A DNA stretch of 64,000 bases from Tolypothrix carrinoi HA7290-LM1 (GCA_019358935.1 JAHHIK010000017.1:31656-95655), one strand, 5' to 3'. Counted from the stretch's first letter, positions 51,240-61,273 are shown. Notes: generated from the sequence alone by a model not told the origin. Program-made: numbers and translations.

Positions 51240-52346
51240 TTAACTTAGATAACAGTGACAATCAGGCTTGTCTAACAACGATTCAACTAAGGCATTGAGA
51301 GCAGTAGCAGCTAACAATCCACCACCCAAAGTTCCTTCTATCGTGATAAAAGGCACAGATGTTTGCATTAATTGTCGCTTTGCCGCTGGTGCATGACTAA
51401 AACCAATCGGCATCGCGATCGCTAGCGCCGGCTGAATTTTTTGATTGTTAATCGCTTCACAAACTTCTAAAAGTACTGAGGGAGCATAACCAATAACTAG
51501 CACACAACCTTTAGTTAGTTGCGGTAATTTTTCTCGCCATTCTTGATGCTGCCAAAAAGCAATTTCTGCTTCTTTAGCGGTTGTGACGTGGGGATTGTTA
51601 ATTAAAGTTTCAACTTTACATTTCAAGTGAGCTAATCGAGTATTATCTAAAGCTGCTGCGACTGAAGGAGTATCGACAACAACCTGACAGCCTGATTTTA
51701 GGGCTTCACGAGTGGAAGCGATCGCTTTATTCCCCAATCTCAAAAACGACACTAAACTAACATCCCCACAAGCTAAAACCATCTGCGAAATTAAATGTTG
51801 TTCAATTTCCGAACGGTCAGATAAATCAGGCAGCAACCATTGTAAAGATTCTTGAAAAATTTCCGGATGAGTATGAACTTCTGCATCCAACTTACTCCAC
51901 AGATTTTCTAGTTCTCCAACTCCTGCTTGAGTTTCTACTTCTAATAACTTGAGTTGAGAAAAAACTTCCGCTTGCATGATTTGACAATCTTTATCTCGTC
52001 CCAACAATCCTTCTAAAGCTGATGCGGTTTGCCGTAGTTGGGAAATTTGCTGCATAACTGTTCGATATTGCTGCTGAAGTTGCGACATCAAAGTAATGCT
52101 AGTATCTGATGAAGGTTCCACTTTCAGAATTTGCCGGATGTGGTTTAGCTGAAAGCCTTGCTGCTTGAGTGCGACAATGCGTTGCAACCTTATGACATCG
52201 TTTTCATTATAAAGGCGGTAGTTACTATGCGATCGCACTGCTTGCGGCAGTAATCCCAATTGATGATAATGTCTTACCATGCGAGGAGTAATCCCCCCAC
52301 CAACGGCATCAGTGAGTTCTTTAATAGTTAAGCAACCAGCGTTCAT
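51240..52346 (-). CDS. coaR: CoaR: MerR HTH fused to a precorrin-8X methylmutase-like domain
   Basis: TIKELT...TPRMVRHYHQLGLL...NYRLY; CobH-like VIGYAPS, MPIGF, GGGLLAATALNAL; C-terminal CHC. Confidence 0.82.
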   Translation of the reverse strand: MNAGCLTIKELTDAVGGGITPRMVRHYHQLGLLPQAVRSHSNYRLYNENDVIRLQRIVALKQQGFQLNHIRQILKVEPSSDTSITLMSQLQQQYRTVMQQISQLRQTASALEGLLGRDKDCQIMQAEVFSQLKLLEVETQAGVGELENLWSKLDAEVHTHPEIFQESLQWLLPDLSDRSEIEQHLISQMVLACGDVSLVSFLRLGNKAIASTREALKSGCQVVVDTPSVAAALDNTRLAHLKCKVETLINNPHVTTAKEAEIAFWQHQEWREKLPQLTKGCVLVIGYAPSVLLEVCEAINNQKIQPALAIAMPIGFSHAPAAKRQLMQTSVPFITIEGTLGGGLLAATALNALVESLLDKPDCHCYLS

Positions 52347-52780
52347 AAGACATACTGGGAAGTGTGGAAACCCCTGAGATACAGGTGCTACGCACCGCAT
52401 ATCGTCATGACGGCAGGGGAGGAAACACGACTCAGGCAGTAATAATATGCCGTGAGTCTTGTGTGGCTTGCTACCGCCTTAGAGCTACTTAATGCCGTGT
52501 GCTTTTGTGTTGTACTTTCGCCCAGACAATTATGGGCTGACATCTTTAACCCTGTACGCATAGCAAGTGGCGATAAGCCCGTGTGTATATATCCCTTCGC
52601 CTCTGACCGTCGTAGAGGTAGAAGATTAGGGAGGCGTCTTCTACGTACTTCGAGTTACCACACTCAGACGGTTCAGTTTACGTTAACCGCACAGGCTAGA
52701 CACTGGTTTAGTCCTGGATTGAGAAGGTGGTGAATCTTCCTTCTTCCAAGCCCCGTGAATGCGCGTCCGGGGTCAGTGAC
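52347..52780 (-). mobile_element. Non-autonomous IscB/IsrB-type (IS200/IS605 superfamily) element carrying a HEARO/omega-RNA scaffold, nuclease ORF deleted
   Basis: Minus strand starts GTCACTGACCCC...GGGGCTTG, contains GACGCCTCCCTAATCTTCTACCTCT and GGCGAAGGGA, then ATGCGT, and ends with a TTCCTCCCCTGCC...AGGGGTTTCC hairpin followed by ATGA. Confidence 0.68.
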
Positions 52781-53052
52781 CATTACAGATGCAGGACATT
52801 CCAGCTTTAGCGTAGCAATAAATATTGCATAATCGATGAATTAACCTTAAATACGCCTTTGGATATATTCTTCTAGATACTTGAAAAAGGGTAAATTGTC
52901 ATATTACCAACATTAACATCTGACAATCTCTAAGGTGTGGAGTTTTTGTGGCTTTTTGTACTTGGCATCGCCTTGAACAAAGCGCCAAGCGCGGCGGTTT
53001 TCGTTTCATGTCCCTTAGTACAGTTATGCCTAAAAACGAGAGCGTTTTTAAA

Positions 53053-53172
53053 TGCATTAATAATGCAAGCCGATGCATTAACAATGCAAGCCGATGCATT
53101 AATAATGCAAGCCGATGCATTAACAATGCAAGCCGATGCATTAACAATGCAAGCCGATGCATTAACAATGCA
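53053..53172. repeat. 21-bp tandem repeat with internal palindrome, 6 copies
   Basis: TGCATT-aa(c/t)-AATGCA-agccga repeated. Confidence 0.95.
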
Positions 53173-53273
53173 GGGGGTATTGCCAAATTTATTCGCGCTC
53201 TTATTAATGAAATGCTGTACTTATACTAAGGGATTTAACTCGGCTAGGGGGACTATCGTAACACTATGCTACT

Positions 53274-55583
53274 ATGTCCACATCAAATGACAGTGACTCG
53301 CATATCTCTAGGATGCTTTTCAGGTGGCTGCGCCGCATACCGCCTAAATTGCGCTACGTGCTGCTCGTGGTAATCTACCTGATTTTATGGGGAATACTGG
53401 ACAAAGTGTCACTTTCGTTTGAAACAACACCGGAAATTCAAATCTGGTATCCGCCGTCAGCCCTCGATTTTGTCCTTCTGTTGGTCTTCGGTATGCGCTA
53501 CGCTCCAGCGCTGTTGCTGAACACCCTGGTGCATGAATATGTGGTGACTCACCGCGACCTACATTTTATCACGCTGCTGATCTTCGATTTAATCACAACG
53601 ATAGGCTACGCCGGTGCTGGTGGCTTGCTGCTGTTGAAACTACAAATTAACCCCCGCTTGCGTCAGTTGCGCGATGTGGTCTGCTTTAACATCGTCGCAG
53701 TCTTGATTGCACCACTAGTCGTCGCTTGGCTGCAAATTTTAAACCTTGCATCGAGCGGGATTATCCCCTGGTCAAAGTTGGTTATGTACACGCTACATTA
53801 CTGGGCTGGAGATGCTACCGGCATCGCCATGCTAGCTCCATTTCTGCTGATTTCGCTACGTAAGCTGCCGTGGGTGTGGTCGCACACCGAACAGCAACCC
53901 CCAGCGACAGAGGGTAAGCGTAGCTTACCCACATGGCGAGAAGTTCCGGAGTTGCTTCTGGAGGGTGTCGCATTGGCTGCTGGGATTTTGACTGGGTATG
54001 CCGCACCGCGAGGAAATAATCTAGACTACACCTATTTCGTTTTTTTACCAGTAATTTGGAGCGGTTTGCGGCACGGGTTTGAGAGGGCAGCAGCGACGGT
54101 TTTGTTGATGAATGTCGGGGTTGCGTTGTTGGTGGTTGCCAAGTTCGGTTCATCTAATCTTTTGGTTTTGCAATTCGGCTTGATGGCGATTTCGCTAATG
54201 GGTCTGCTTGTAGGTGCCATCACCACTGACCGGATGCATACCGAGAAAGCCTTACGCGATTCTAACAAGCAGCTGACGCACAATGCTTTTCATGATGGAC
54301 TCACAGGTTTAGCAAACCGCTTTTTGTTCATGCAACACTTAGAGCGTGCAGTCGAATATGGCAAACGCGAACGCAATTTTCAATTCGCTGTACTCTTTGT
54401 TGACTTGGATCGGTTCAAGCTAATTAATGATAGCCTGGGACATCTACTTGGAGATCGCTTGCTGATTGCCATTGTTGGCAGACTCCAAGCTTGCGTGCGT
54501 CCCACGGATATAATTGCACGTTTTGGGGGAGACGAATTCACCATCTTGCTTGAGAATCTCTCGGATGTCAGCGACACAATACGTGTTGCCGAACGCATAC
54601 AAACAGAACTGTCATTGCCCTTCGATCTTAGCGGACAAGAAGTGTTCATTACGGCAAGTATCGGCATCGCCCTGAGTGCGACAAATTATAATCAACCAGA
54701 AGACATCGTGCGTGACGCTGACATCGCCATGTACCGAGCCAAGATCGGTGGCAAGGCACGCTACGAAATATTTAACACGAGTATGCACGATCGCGCAGTG
54801 GTACGCTTGCAGCTCGAGACGGATCTGCGCCTCGCGATTGAACGTCAGGAGTTTCTAATTCACTATCAGCCGATGGTGTCCCTGTCAAGTGGTATAATTA
54901 TTGGTTTCGAGTCGCTGCTACGCTGGCAGCATCCAGAACGTGGGCTTCTCTTTCCAAGTGAATTTATTTCCGTAGCGGAAGAAGCTGGACTGATGAGCTT
55001 AATCGACCAGTGGGTAATGCGTCAAGCTTGTCACCAGATACAACAGTGGCAAGAGCAAATTAAAAGATTTCCACCCTTATCAATCAGTGTCAATGTTTGC
55101 AATAAACATTTCATTCAACCGAATATAGTCGCGCAAATCAGCAAAATTCTTCAACAGACGAGCTTGGATGCTTCTCGCTTGAAGTTGGAGATTACCGAAA
55201 ACGTGATTATGGAAAACCATCGCTCTGCAACTGCCACGCTCTCGCAATTAAAAGCCTTGGGTATTCGGTTAGTTATCGATGACTTCGGTACAGGCTATTC
55301 ATCATTAAGTCGTCTACACCGTTTTCCGATTGATGAGTTGAAGATCGATCGGTCTTTCGTCAGCAATATAAATGCTAATGAGAAAAATTTAGAGATTACC
55401 GAGATTATCGTCATGCTTGGTAAAAAACTCGGTCTGGATGTGACAGCAGAAGGAATAGAAACAAAAGAGCAACTCGCACAAATCAAAGAGATGAAATGTG
55501 CATATGGGCAAGGATACTTTTTTTCTCAGCCATTGTCCAGTGAAGCCGCAGAAGCGTTAATTGTCGCAAATCCTCAATGGTAG
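53274..55583 (+). CDS. MASE1-GGDEF-EAL c-di-GMP enzyme
   Basis: IWYPPSAL and WAGDATG (MASE1); HDGLTGLANR, RPTD I-site, RFGGDEF; ESLLRW, DDFGTGYSS, EGIE. Confidence 0.9.
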   Translation: MSTSNDSDSHISRMLFRWLRRIPPKLRYVLLVVIYLILWGILDKVSLSFETTPEIQIWYPPSALDFVLLLVFGMRYAPALLLNTLVHEYVVTHRDLHFITLLIFDLITTIGYAGAGGLLLLKLQINPRLRQLRDVVCFNIVAVLIAPLVVAWLQILNLASSGIIPWSKLVMYTLHYWAGDATGIAMLAPFLLISLRKLPWVWSHTEQQPPATEGKRSLPTWREVPELLLEGVALAAGILTGYAAPRGNNLDYTYFVFLPVIWSGLRHGFERAAATVLLMNVGVALLVVAKFGSSNLLVLQFGLMAISLMGLLVGAITTDRMHTEKALRDSNKQLTHNAFHDGLTGLANRFLFMQHLERAVEYGKRERNFQFAVLFVDLDRFKLINDSLGHLLGDRLLIAIVGRLQACVRPTDIIARFGGDEFTILLENLSDVSDTIRVAERIQTELSLPFDLSGQEVFITASIGIALSATNYNQPEDIVRDADIAMYRAKIGGKARYEIFNTSMHDRAVVRLQLETDLRLAIERQEFLIHYQPMVSLSSGIIIGFESLLRWQHPERGLLFPSEFISVAEEAGLMSLIDQWVMRQACHQIQQWQEQIKRFPPLSISVNVCNKHFIQPNIVAQISKILQQTSLDASRLKLEITENVIMENHRSATATLSQLKALGIRLVIDDFGTGYSSLSRLHRFPIDELKIDRSFVSNINANEKNLEITEIIVMLGKKLGLDVTAEGIETKEQLAQIKEMKCAYGQGYFFSQPLSSEAAEALIVANPQW

Positions 55584-55585
55584 GG

Positions 55586-55617
55586 TTGACATTAACACTA
55601 ATGTCAAGGTTTAGGGT
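55586..55617 (+). promoter_or_regulatory. MerR-type (CoaR) promoter/operator of coaT
   Basis: -35 TTGACA, 20-bp spacer, -10 TAGGGT; dyad TTGACATT-aacact-AATGTCAA. Confidence 0.85.
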
Positions 55618-55644
55618 GAGAGAATATGTGTTGGTTCAACTCTC

Positions 55645-57708
55645 ATGTACCCAGAACGCTTAACTCAATTCACCAAAGAACATTCAGATACCGTAGCGGC
55701 ATTCGCTTGTGGTCTATTATTACTTCTAGGAGCATTTGCCTTACATCTCAATTTTTTAGGATTGGCATTGCTGCTACTCCCCGCAGCTTATGTGATTGGT
55801 GGCTACGAAAGCGCCCGCGAGGGATTAACTACCCTTTTTAAAGAAAAAGAACTCGATGTAGATTTACTAATGATAGTGGCGGCGTTAGGTGCTGCTGGTT
55901 TGGGTTTATGGCAGCGGGAATACCACTTAATTATCGATGGGGCAATTTTGATTCTCATCTTTGCCATAAGTGGCGCCCTCGAAGGTTACGCGATGCGACG
56001 CACTGAGCGCAGTATTCGCAGTTTGATGAGTTTGACACCTGATATCGCAATGGTTTTGCGTCAGGGAAGGGAAGTTTCTGTTTCGATTTCCCAATTAAAG
56101 GTAGGGGATGAAATTGTCGTCAAACCGGGAGAGTTAATTCCTACCGATGCAGTGATTGTATCAGGTTACAGCAGCATCAATCAAGCGGCGATTACCGGGG
56201 AATCTTTACCTGTAGAAAAGACGGTGGGTGAAGAAGTTTTTGCAGGTACACTTAACGGTTATGGTGCGTTGAAGTTGAAGGTGCATCAACCACCGGAAAG
56301 CAGTTTGATTCAACGTGTGATTAAGTTAGTAGAGCAAGCGCAGACTGAGGAACCACCTTCGCAACAGTTTATCGAGAGATTTGAAAGGAGTTATGCACGC
56401 TTCATTGTGATTGCTGGGATATTGCTAGCAACTTTACCCCCGTTTCTTTTGGGTTGGGATTGGGAAACAACGATTTATAGAGCGCTGACCTTCCTTGTGG
56501 TAGCATCTCCTTGTGCATTGATGGCAGCAATTATGCCGACGCTGCTATCGGGAATTGCCAATGGTGCCAGACAGGGGATTTTGTTTAAAAATGGTAGTCA
56601 GTTAGAAATGATGGGGAAAGTGAGAGCGATCGCTTTCGATAAAACTGGTACTCTGACTACAGGAATTGTGCAAGTTTTTCAAGTGATTCCTGCTGGTAAT
56701 TATTCGCAAGCTGATGTATTGAAAGTTGCCGCAACCGTGGAATCAGTTTCCGAACATGCGATCGGCAAAGCTATTGTCAAGGCTGCTGCTGATTTAAATT
56801 GGGTGAGTGCAGTTGAGGTGCGAGCTATCCCCGGACAGGGAATAGTCGGTATCAACTTTGACCACCAGGTAATTGTCGGTAATGCTGCTTTTGTGCAGAA
56901 GCATGTCACAAATTTACCGGAAGAATTGCAGAAATCGGCTTCAGTGTTAGAACAACAAGGTAAGACAGTCGTTTGGGTAGCGCAGGGGAGAGGGGGAGAG
57001 GGGGGGATGGGGGGACAAGGGGGACAAGGGGGACAAGGGGGACAAGGGGGACAAGGGGGAATCTCTTCTTTATCTACCTTGTCTCCCTTGTCCTCCCCCT
57101 CTCCCTTGTCCTCCCCCTCTCCCTTGTCCTCCCCCTCTCTCTCATCTCCTGAGGTGATAGGTTTGATAGCCATTACAGACGAGGTGAGGGCAGAAGCTGC
57201 TGCAACCATTACCCGCTTAAAGGCTTTGGGAGTTGAACAAATCGTTATGTTAACTGGCGATAATCAGCGTACTGCTGATAGTGTGGCGCAAGCAGTGGGT
57301 ATAAATCAGGTATATGCAGAACTTTTACCGGAAGATAAATTGGATGTAATCCGCCGTTTGCAAAAGCAGTATAAAACAGTGGCAATGGTGGGTGATGGTA
57401 TCAATGATGCACCAGCATTGGCTCAGGCTTCTGTAGGTGTTGCGATGGGAGTGGCGGGAAGTGATGTAGCATTGGAAACAGCAGATATTGTGCTGATGGC
57501 AGATAGGCTGGAGAAACTTGCAGTGGCGATGGATTTGGGAAGAAGAGCGCATCGCATAGTTAAGCAGAATATAGCAGTTGCTCTGTCTTTCATTATTCTG
57601 CTTTTGGTGGGTAATTTTCTCGGTAATGTTAACTTACCTATTGGTGTAATTGGGCATGAAGGTTCTACTGTGTTAGTTACTCTGAGTGGTCTGAGGTTGT
57701 TGAAATAG
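55645..57708 (+). CDS. coaT: P1B-4 heavy-metal (Co2+) P-type ATPase
   Basis: TGES, VASPC, DKTGT, GDGIND, HEGST; no N-terminal metal-binding domain. Confidence 0.88.
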   Translation: MYPERLTQFTKEHSDTVAAFACGLLLLLGAFALHLNFLGLALLLLPAAYVIGGYESAREGLTTLFKEKELDVDLLMIVAALGAAGLGLWQREYHLIIDGAILILIFAISGALEGYAMRRTERSIRSLMSLTPDIAMVLRQGREVSVSISQLKVGDEIVVKPGELIPTDAVIVSGYSSINQAAITGESLPVEKTVGEEVFAGTLNGYGALKLKVHQPPESSLIQRVIKLVEQAQTEEPPSQQFIERFERSYARFIVIAGILLATLPPFLLGWDWETTIYRALTFLVVASPCALMAAIMPTLLSGIANGARQGILFKNGSQLEMMGKVRAIAFDKTGTLTTGIVQVFQVIPAGNYSQADVLKVAATVESVSEHAIGKAIVKAAADLNWVSAVEVRAIPGQGIVGINFDHQVIVGNAAFVQKHVTNLPEELQKSASVLEQQGKTVVWVAQGRGGEGGMGGQGGQGGQGGQGGQGGISSLSTLSPLSSPSPLSSPSPLSSPSLSSPEVIGLIAITDEVRAEAAATITRLKALGVEQIVMLTGDNQRTADSVAQAVGINQVYAELLPEDKLDVIRRLQKQYKTVAMVGDGINDAPALAQASVGVAMGVAGSDVALETADIVLMADRLEKLAVAMDLGRRAHRIVKQNIAVALSFIILLLVGNFLGNVNLPIGVIGHEGSTVLVTLSGLRLLK
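56985..57148. repeat. In-frame STRR insertion within coaT
   Basis: GGGACAAGG array followed by the complementary CCTTGTCC array; encodes GGQ and SPLSSP repeats. Confidence 0.9.
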
Positions 57709-57827
57709 GGCATGGGGCATGGGGCATTGGGCAATGGGCAATGGGAATTGAGAATTGGGAATTGGGAATTGGTAATGAGAGATTTTTTCGATGCCCGATG
57801 CCCGATGCCCAATGCCCCATGCCCAAA

Positions 57828-59003
57828 TTACGCTGCTTTTTCAAGTTCGCTTTTGACGGTAGCGTATCCCCAATCTAACCAAGGAAGCAATGCTTCAATG
57901 TCTGCGGTTTCGACTGTGGCACCACCCCAAATCCGCAATCCGGGAGGTGCGGAGCGATAGGACGCGATATCAAAGGCTACTTCTTGCTTTTCTAAAAGTT
58001 TTGCCAGTTTCTTCGCTGATTTTGCCTGTTCTTCTGGAGTTAAGCCGGTAAACCAGGAATCGACTATTTTCAGGCAAATTGAGGTACAAGAGCGATTTTC
58101 TGGCTTTTCTGCTAAGAAAGCTGCCCAAGAACTTTGTTCAACCCATTTGGCGATCGCTTGCAAATTTGCTTCACTGCGCTTTATTAAACCAGAAAGTCCA
58201 CCAATACTCTCAGCCCATTTCAACCCATCCAGGGCATCTTCTACACACAGCATCGATGGTGTGTTGATGGTATCGCCTTTGAAAATGCCTTCAATTAGTT
58301 TACCTTTTTGCGTTAGGCGAAATAACTTTGGGATTGCGCGTTCCGGATTATAACTTTCTAAACGTTCGACTGCACGGGGAGAAAGGACAATTACTCCATG
58401 TTGGGCTTCTCCTCCCAATACTTTTTGCCAGGAGTAGGTTACTACGTCCAGCTTTTCCCAAGGTACTTCCATTGCGAAAACGGCAGAAGTAGCATCACAA
58501 ATTGTCAATCCTGGGCGATCGCTTTTAATCCAATCACCATTTGCTACCCTGACACCTGAGGTAGTACCATTCCACAAAAACACAATGTCTTTTTGAAAGT
58601 CAACTTCGTTTAAGTCTGGTAAACTACCATAATCTGCTTTCAAATGACGAGTTTCTGGCAATTTCAACTCATCTAAAACGTCTTTAACCCATTCTTGCCC
58701 GAAGCTTTCCCATGCTAAAATATCTACGGGAAGTTTTCCCAAGAGCGACCACAACGCCATTTCCACAGCGCCTGTATCCGAAGCGGGAACGATACCCAAG
58801 CGATAATCAGCGGGAACACCGAGGATTTTTTTAGAACGCTCAATCACTTCTGCTAATTTGGCTTTACCATCTTCAGAGCGATGAGAGCGACCTACACAGG
58901 CTTTTTCAAGTTGAGAAACAGACCAACCGGGTCGTTTCGCGCAAGGTCCAGAGGAAAAATGAGGAACGTGTGGCTTAACTGTAGGTGGAGTGAGCTCTGA
59001 CAT
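57828..59003 (-). CDS. serC: Phosphoserine aminotransferase (Methanosarcina/alphaproteobacterial type)
   Basis: [32 protein letters not shown] (PLP Lys), [16 protein letters not shown]. Confidence 0.92.
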   Translation of the reverse strand: MSELTPPTVKPHVPHFSSGPCAKRPGWSVSQLEKACVGRSHRSEDGKAKLAEVIERSKKILGVPADYRLGIVPASDTGAVEMALWSLLGKLPVDILAWESFGQEWVKDVLDELKLPETRHLKADYGSLPDLNEVDFQKDIVFLWNGTTSGVRVANGDWIKSDRPGLTICDATSAVFAMEVPWEKLDVVTYSWQKVLGGEAQHGVIVLSPRAVERLESYNPERAIPKLFRLTQKGKLIEGIFKGDTINTPSMLCVEDALDGLKWAESIGGLSGLIKRSEANLQAIAKWVEQSSWAAFLAEKPENRSCTSICLKIVDSWFTGLTPEEQAKSAKKLAKLLEKQEVAFDIASYRSAPPGLRIWGGATVETADIEALLPWLDWGYATVKSELEKAA

Positions 59004-59154
59004 AAAGCTATTTTTGCAGACGTGTGGCATGAAAAAGTACTGATGTATATAGTACTAGGTTTCTGCTTTCAGATTGAAGTCTTATAAAAATAAGGCAAAA
59101 GAAAGGTAGAAACAGGATAGTGCGATCGCAATGATTAAATTCTGGGTAATTTTC

Positions 59155-59462
59155 AAGTATTCATAACCACAGCTTAAGTTGTGGTAACGACAGCTTAAGT
59201 TGTGTTAACCACGGCTGGAATTTTATTTATAACAGTTGCCGCATTCATAAGCACAGCTTCAGTTGTGTTCACCACAACTTGAATTTTACTTATAACAGTT
59301 TCCGCATTCATAATCACAGCTTAAGTTGTTTTGACGACGACTTAAATTTTACTTATAACAGTTTCAGTTGTGCTAACAACAGCTGACGCATTCATAACCA
59401 CAGCTTAAGCTGTGTTCACCACGGTTTTAATTTTACTTATAATACTTGAAGTTGTGGTAAAT
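59155..59462. repeat. Degenerate 21-bp-period repeat region
   Basis: Recurring CATTCATAACCACAGCTTAAGTTGTG and AATTTTACTTATAACAGTT blocks. Confidence 0.8.
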
Positions 59463-59499
59463 AAGCTGTTGATAGTGCGTGCTAATTGCCAGCTTTGGT

Positions 59500-60708
59500 T
59501 CATGGCAGGCTGATTTTTTGAGTAGCATCAAATACAGGCAAGTTGACAAAGCGATCCACCAATAAGCTGTCAATTCCATCGACACGCAGACGAACAAAGT
59601 ATTCGCCAGCGGGTATTTTTTGAATGTTAAATTTAAGGGTATCTGTTTTTGCTGTGGCTACGTCGGTTTCTTCTAAATCGGTGAGTAACAAAAGTTCGCG
59701 ATCGCCTAACAACAATGCTACTTTTTGCTGTTGCCACACTTGCGGGTTAGTTATTAAAGTTAAAATGCGTTCGCTTTGTGTAATCTGCTGAATCTTCGGT
59801 GCAACTGAAAAAGGTAAAGCGTTGGTTGTTTGTTCTTTACCATCTTTGCAAAGTCGAACTGCAACTGTATAAAATCCGGCTGGGAAGTTACTCGGCTCGT
59901 TTGGTAACGAGACTACTATTTCTGTAGATGATTGTTGCTGTAATTCTAATTGCATCGGTTTGCTGAAGCGAGGATGCATCAATTTTACAAATACTATACC
60001 ATCATCGCTATCGAGATGATGACCAATGAGTGTAAAAACTTCACCCAAGTCGATGCCATTTTGCTGGTTGGGTAATTGCACCGTTTCCAGGGTAGGGAAA
60101 GGCAGTGTTAAGCTTGCTTCAACAAATAGGCTGTCCTCACCACGAGTTAAAACTGGCTTTTGTGTCTTGACAATACGGCTGCTTTCAATTATAATCACTG
60201 AAACTTCATAAGCTGCGGAAATGCGATACTGAGTTTGAAAAGTTCTCCACAACTTAGAAACATCTTCCAGCGACATCGGTTGAAGCGTAATCCGAACTCG
60301 TTCGACTTGATTGTGTAAATCGCTTTCGCCTAAGCTAATCTTGATATCAGCCGGGTTTAGGACTGCGTAGTCATTTAAAATATGCATCGCCTTGCCCAAC
60401 AGACGATGAGCCAAGATATCATCATTATCTTTGCCGTAAAAAGTAATTATATAGTAAAGATTGAGAGCAAGCGGCGGTTGACCGATTTCCCCAGGTTTGA
60501 CGCGATTGGGTAAATCCATAGTCCGCCAAGAGGCATTCGGTAAAATATGATAGAGAAAGAGATTAATTTGATTTTTATCGTGATGATAGCGTGCCTTGTC
60601 TGGTGGCTGCGTTGTCACAATACCATCACCCAACTCTTGGGCAACAGTTTGAGAAATCAGATTGCGTAACGTTGTCGTAACAGCTGCGATCGCCAGAGAG
60701 TTACTCAT
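59500..60708 (-). CDS. DUF4255/Pvc16-like protein (contractile injection system-associated) with Ig-like C-terminal domains
   Basis: MSNSLAIAAVTTTL, QINLFLY, PPLALNLYY, LWRTFQTQYRISAAYEVSV, RLRVDGIDS; RBS AGGAGG. Confidence 0.8.
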   Translation of the reverse strand: MSNSLAIAAVTTTLRNLISQTVAQELGDGIVTTQPPDKARYHHDKNQINLFLYHILPNASWRTMDLPNRVKPGEIGQPPLALNLYYIITFYGKDNDDILAHRLLGKAMHILNDYAVLNPADIKISLGESDLHNQVERVRITLQPMSLEDVSKLWRTFQTQYRISAAYEVSVIIIESSRIVKTQKPVLTRGEDSLFVEASLTLPFPTLETVQLPNQQNGIDLGEVFTLIGHHLDSDDGIVFVKLMHPRFSKPMQLELQQQSSTEIVVSLPNEPSNFPAGFYTVAVRLCKDGKEQTTNALPFSVAPKIQQITQSERILTLITNPQVWQQQKVALLLGDRELLLLTDLEETDVATAKTDTLKFNIQKIPAGEYFVRLRVDGIDSLLVDRFVNLPVFDATQKISLP

Positions 60709-60874
60709 GACTTGCCTCCTTGGCGTTGTTTCAAATAATGTTGTAAACAAACAGATGGTAAGCGCTTCCGTTGAACAGAGCGCGTGGCGCTTGGGGTGGA
60801 AGTAGAATTACAAAGAGCGAACTTCGACGCGACCAATAGTTACTTGAATTGTAGAGGTAGATGGAGGCGATCGC
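60705..60874 (-). pseudogene. Remnant 3' end of the gene that normally precedes Pvc16 in eCIS loci
   Basis: TIQVTIGRVEVR, then after a stop/frameshift LQHYLKQRQGGKS* with an ATGA overlap; begins at HIP1 60867-60874. Confidence 0.55.
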
Positions 60875-60884
60875 AATAAAGCTT

Positions 60885-61160
60885 TGGGTAATCGGGAACG
60901 CGGTAATCGGTAATTGGGCATTGGGCATGGGGGAGGCAGTGCGTAGGCATCGGCAGCGCGGTCTTGGGGGTTCCCCCCATGAGCGACTGCCGCAAGGGTT
61001 TCCCGGCAGACGCGCATCTGCCGTCATGGGGCATGGGGCATCGTCCCTTTGTGAAATTCGTTCCGTTCTTTTTATTCCCATTGCCCATTAAACAATTGCC
61101 CATTGCCCATTACCCATTACCCATTACCCATTACCCATTACCCATTACCAATTCCCCTTT
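60885..61160. repeat. STRR tracts with nested small dispersed repeats
   Basis: GGGCATT and CCCATTA arrays; nested GGGGGTTCCCCCCATGAGCGACTG unit. Confidence 0.78.
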
Positions 61161-61273
61161 CCTCACAAGATCCTCAAATTGTTTGTCTATAACATAACTG
61201 TAGGAGGAAAGCTGATATAATCGCCTGCCTCCTCTAATAAATGATGATTATTGCTAAAAAATCGGTGTCGAGC

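Noticed and set aside
52452..52733. 93-aa plus-strand ORF
   Set aside because: Lies antisense within the omega-RNA-like element and has no recognisable protein features.
52905..52936. Relic second CoaR operator (CATTAACA..AATCTCTAAGGT)
   Set aside because: Similarity to the 55586 operator is short and the dyad is broken; it could be chance.
53053..53172. Mini-CRISPR or real ORFs (52899-53290, three frames)
   Set aside because: There are no unique spacers; the ORFs are open only because the repeat lacks stop codons.
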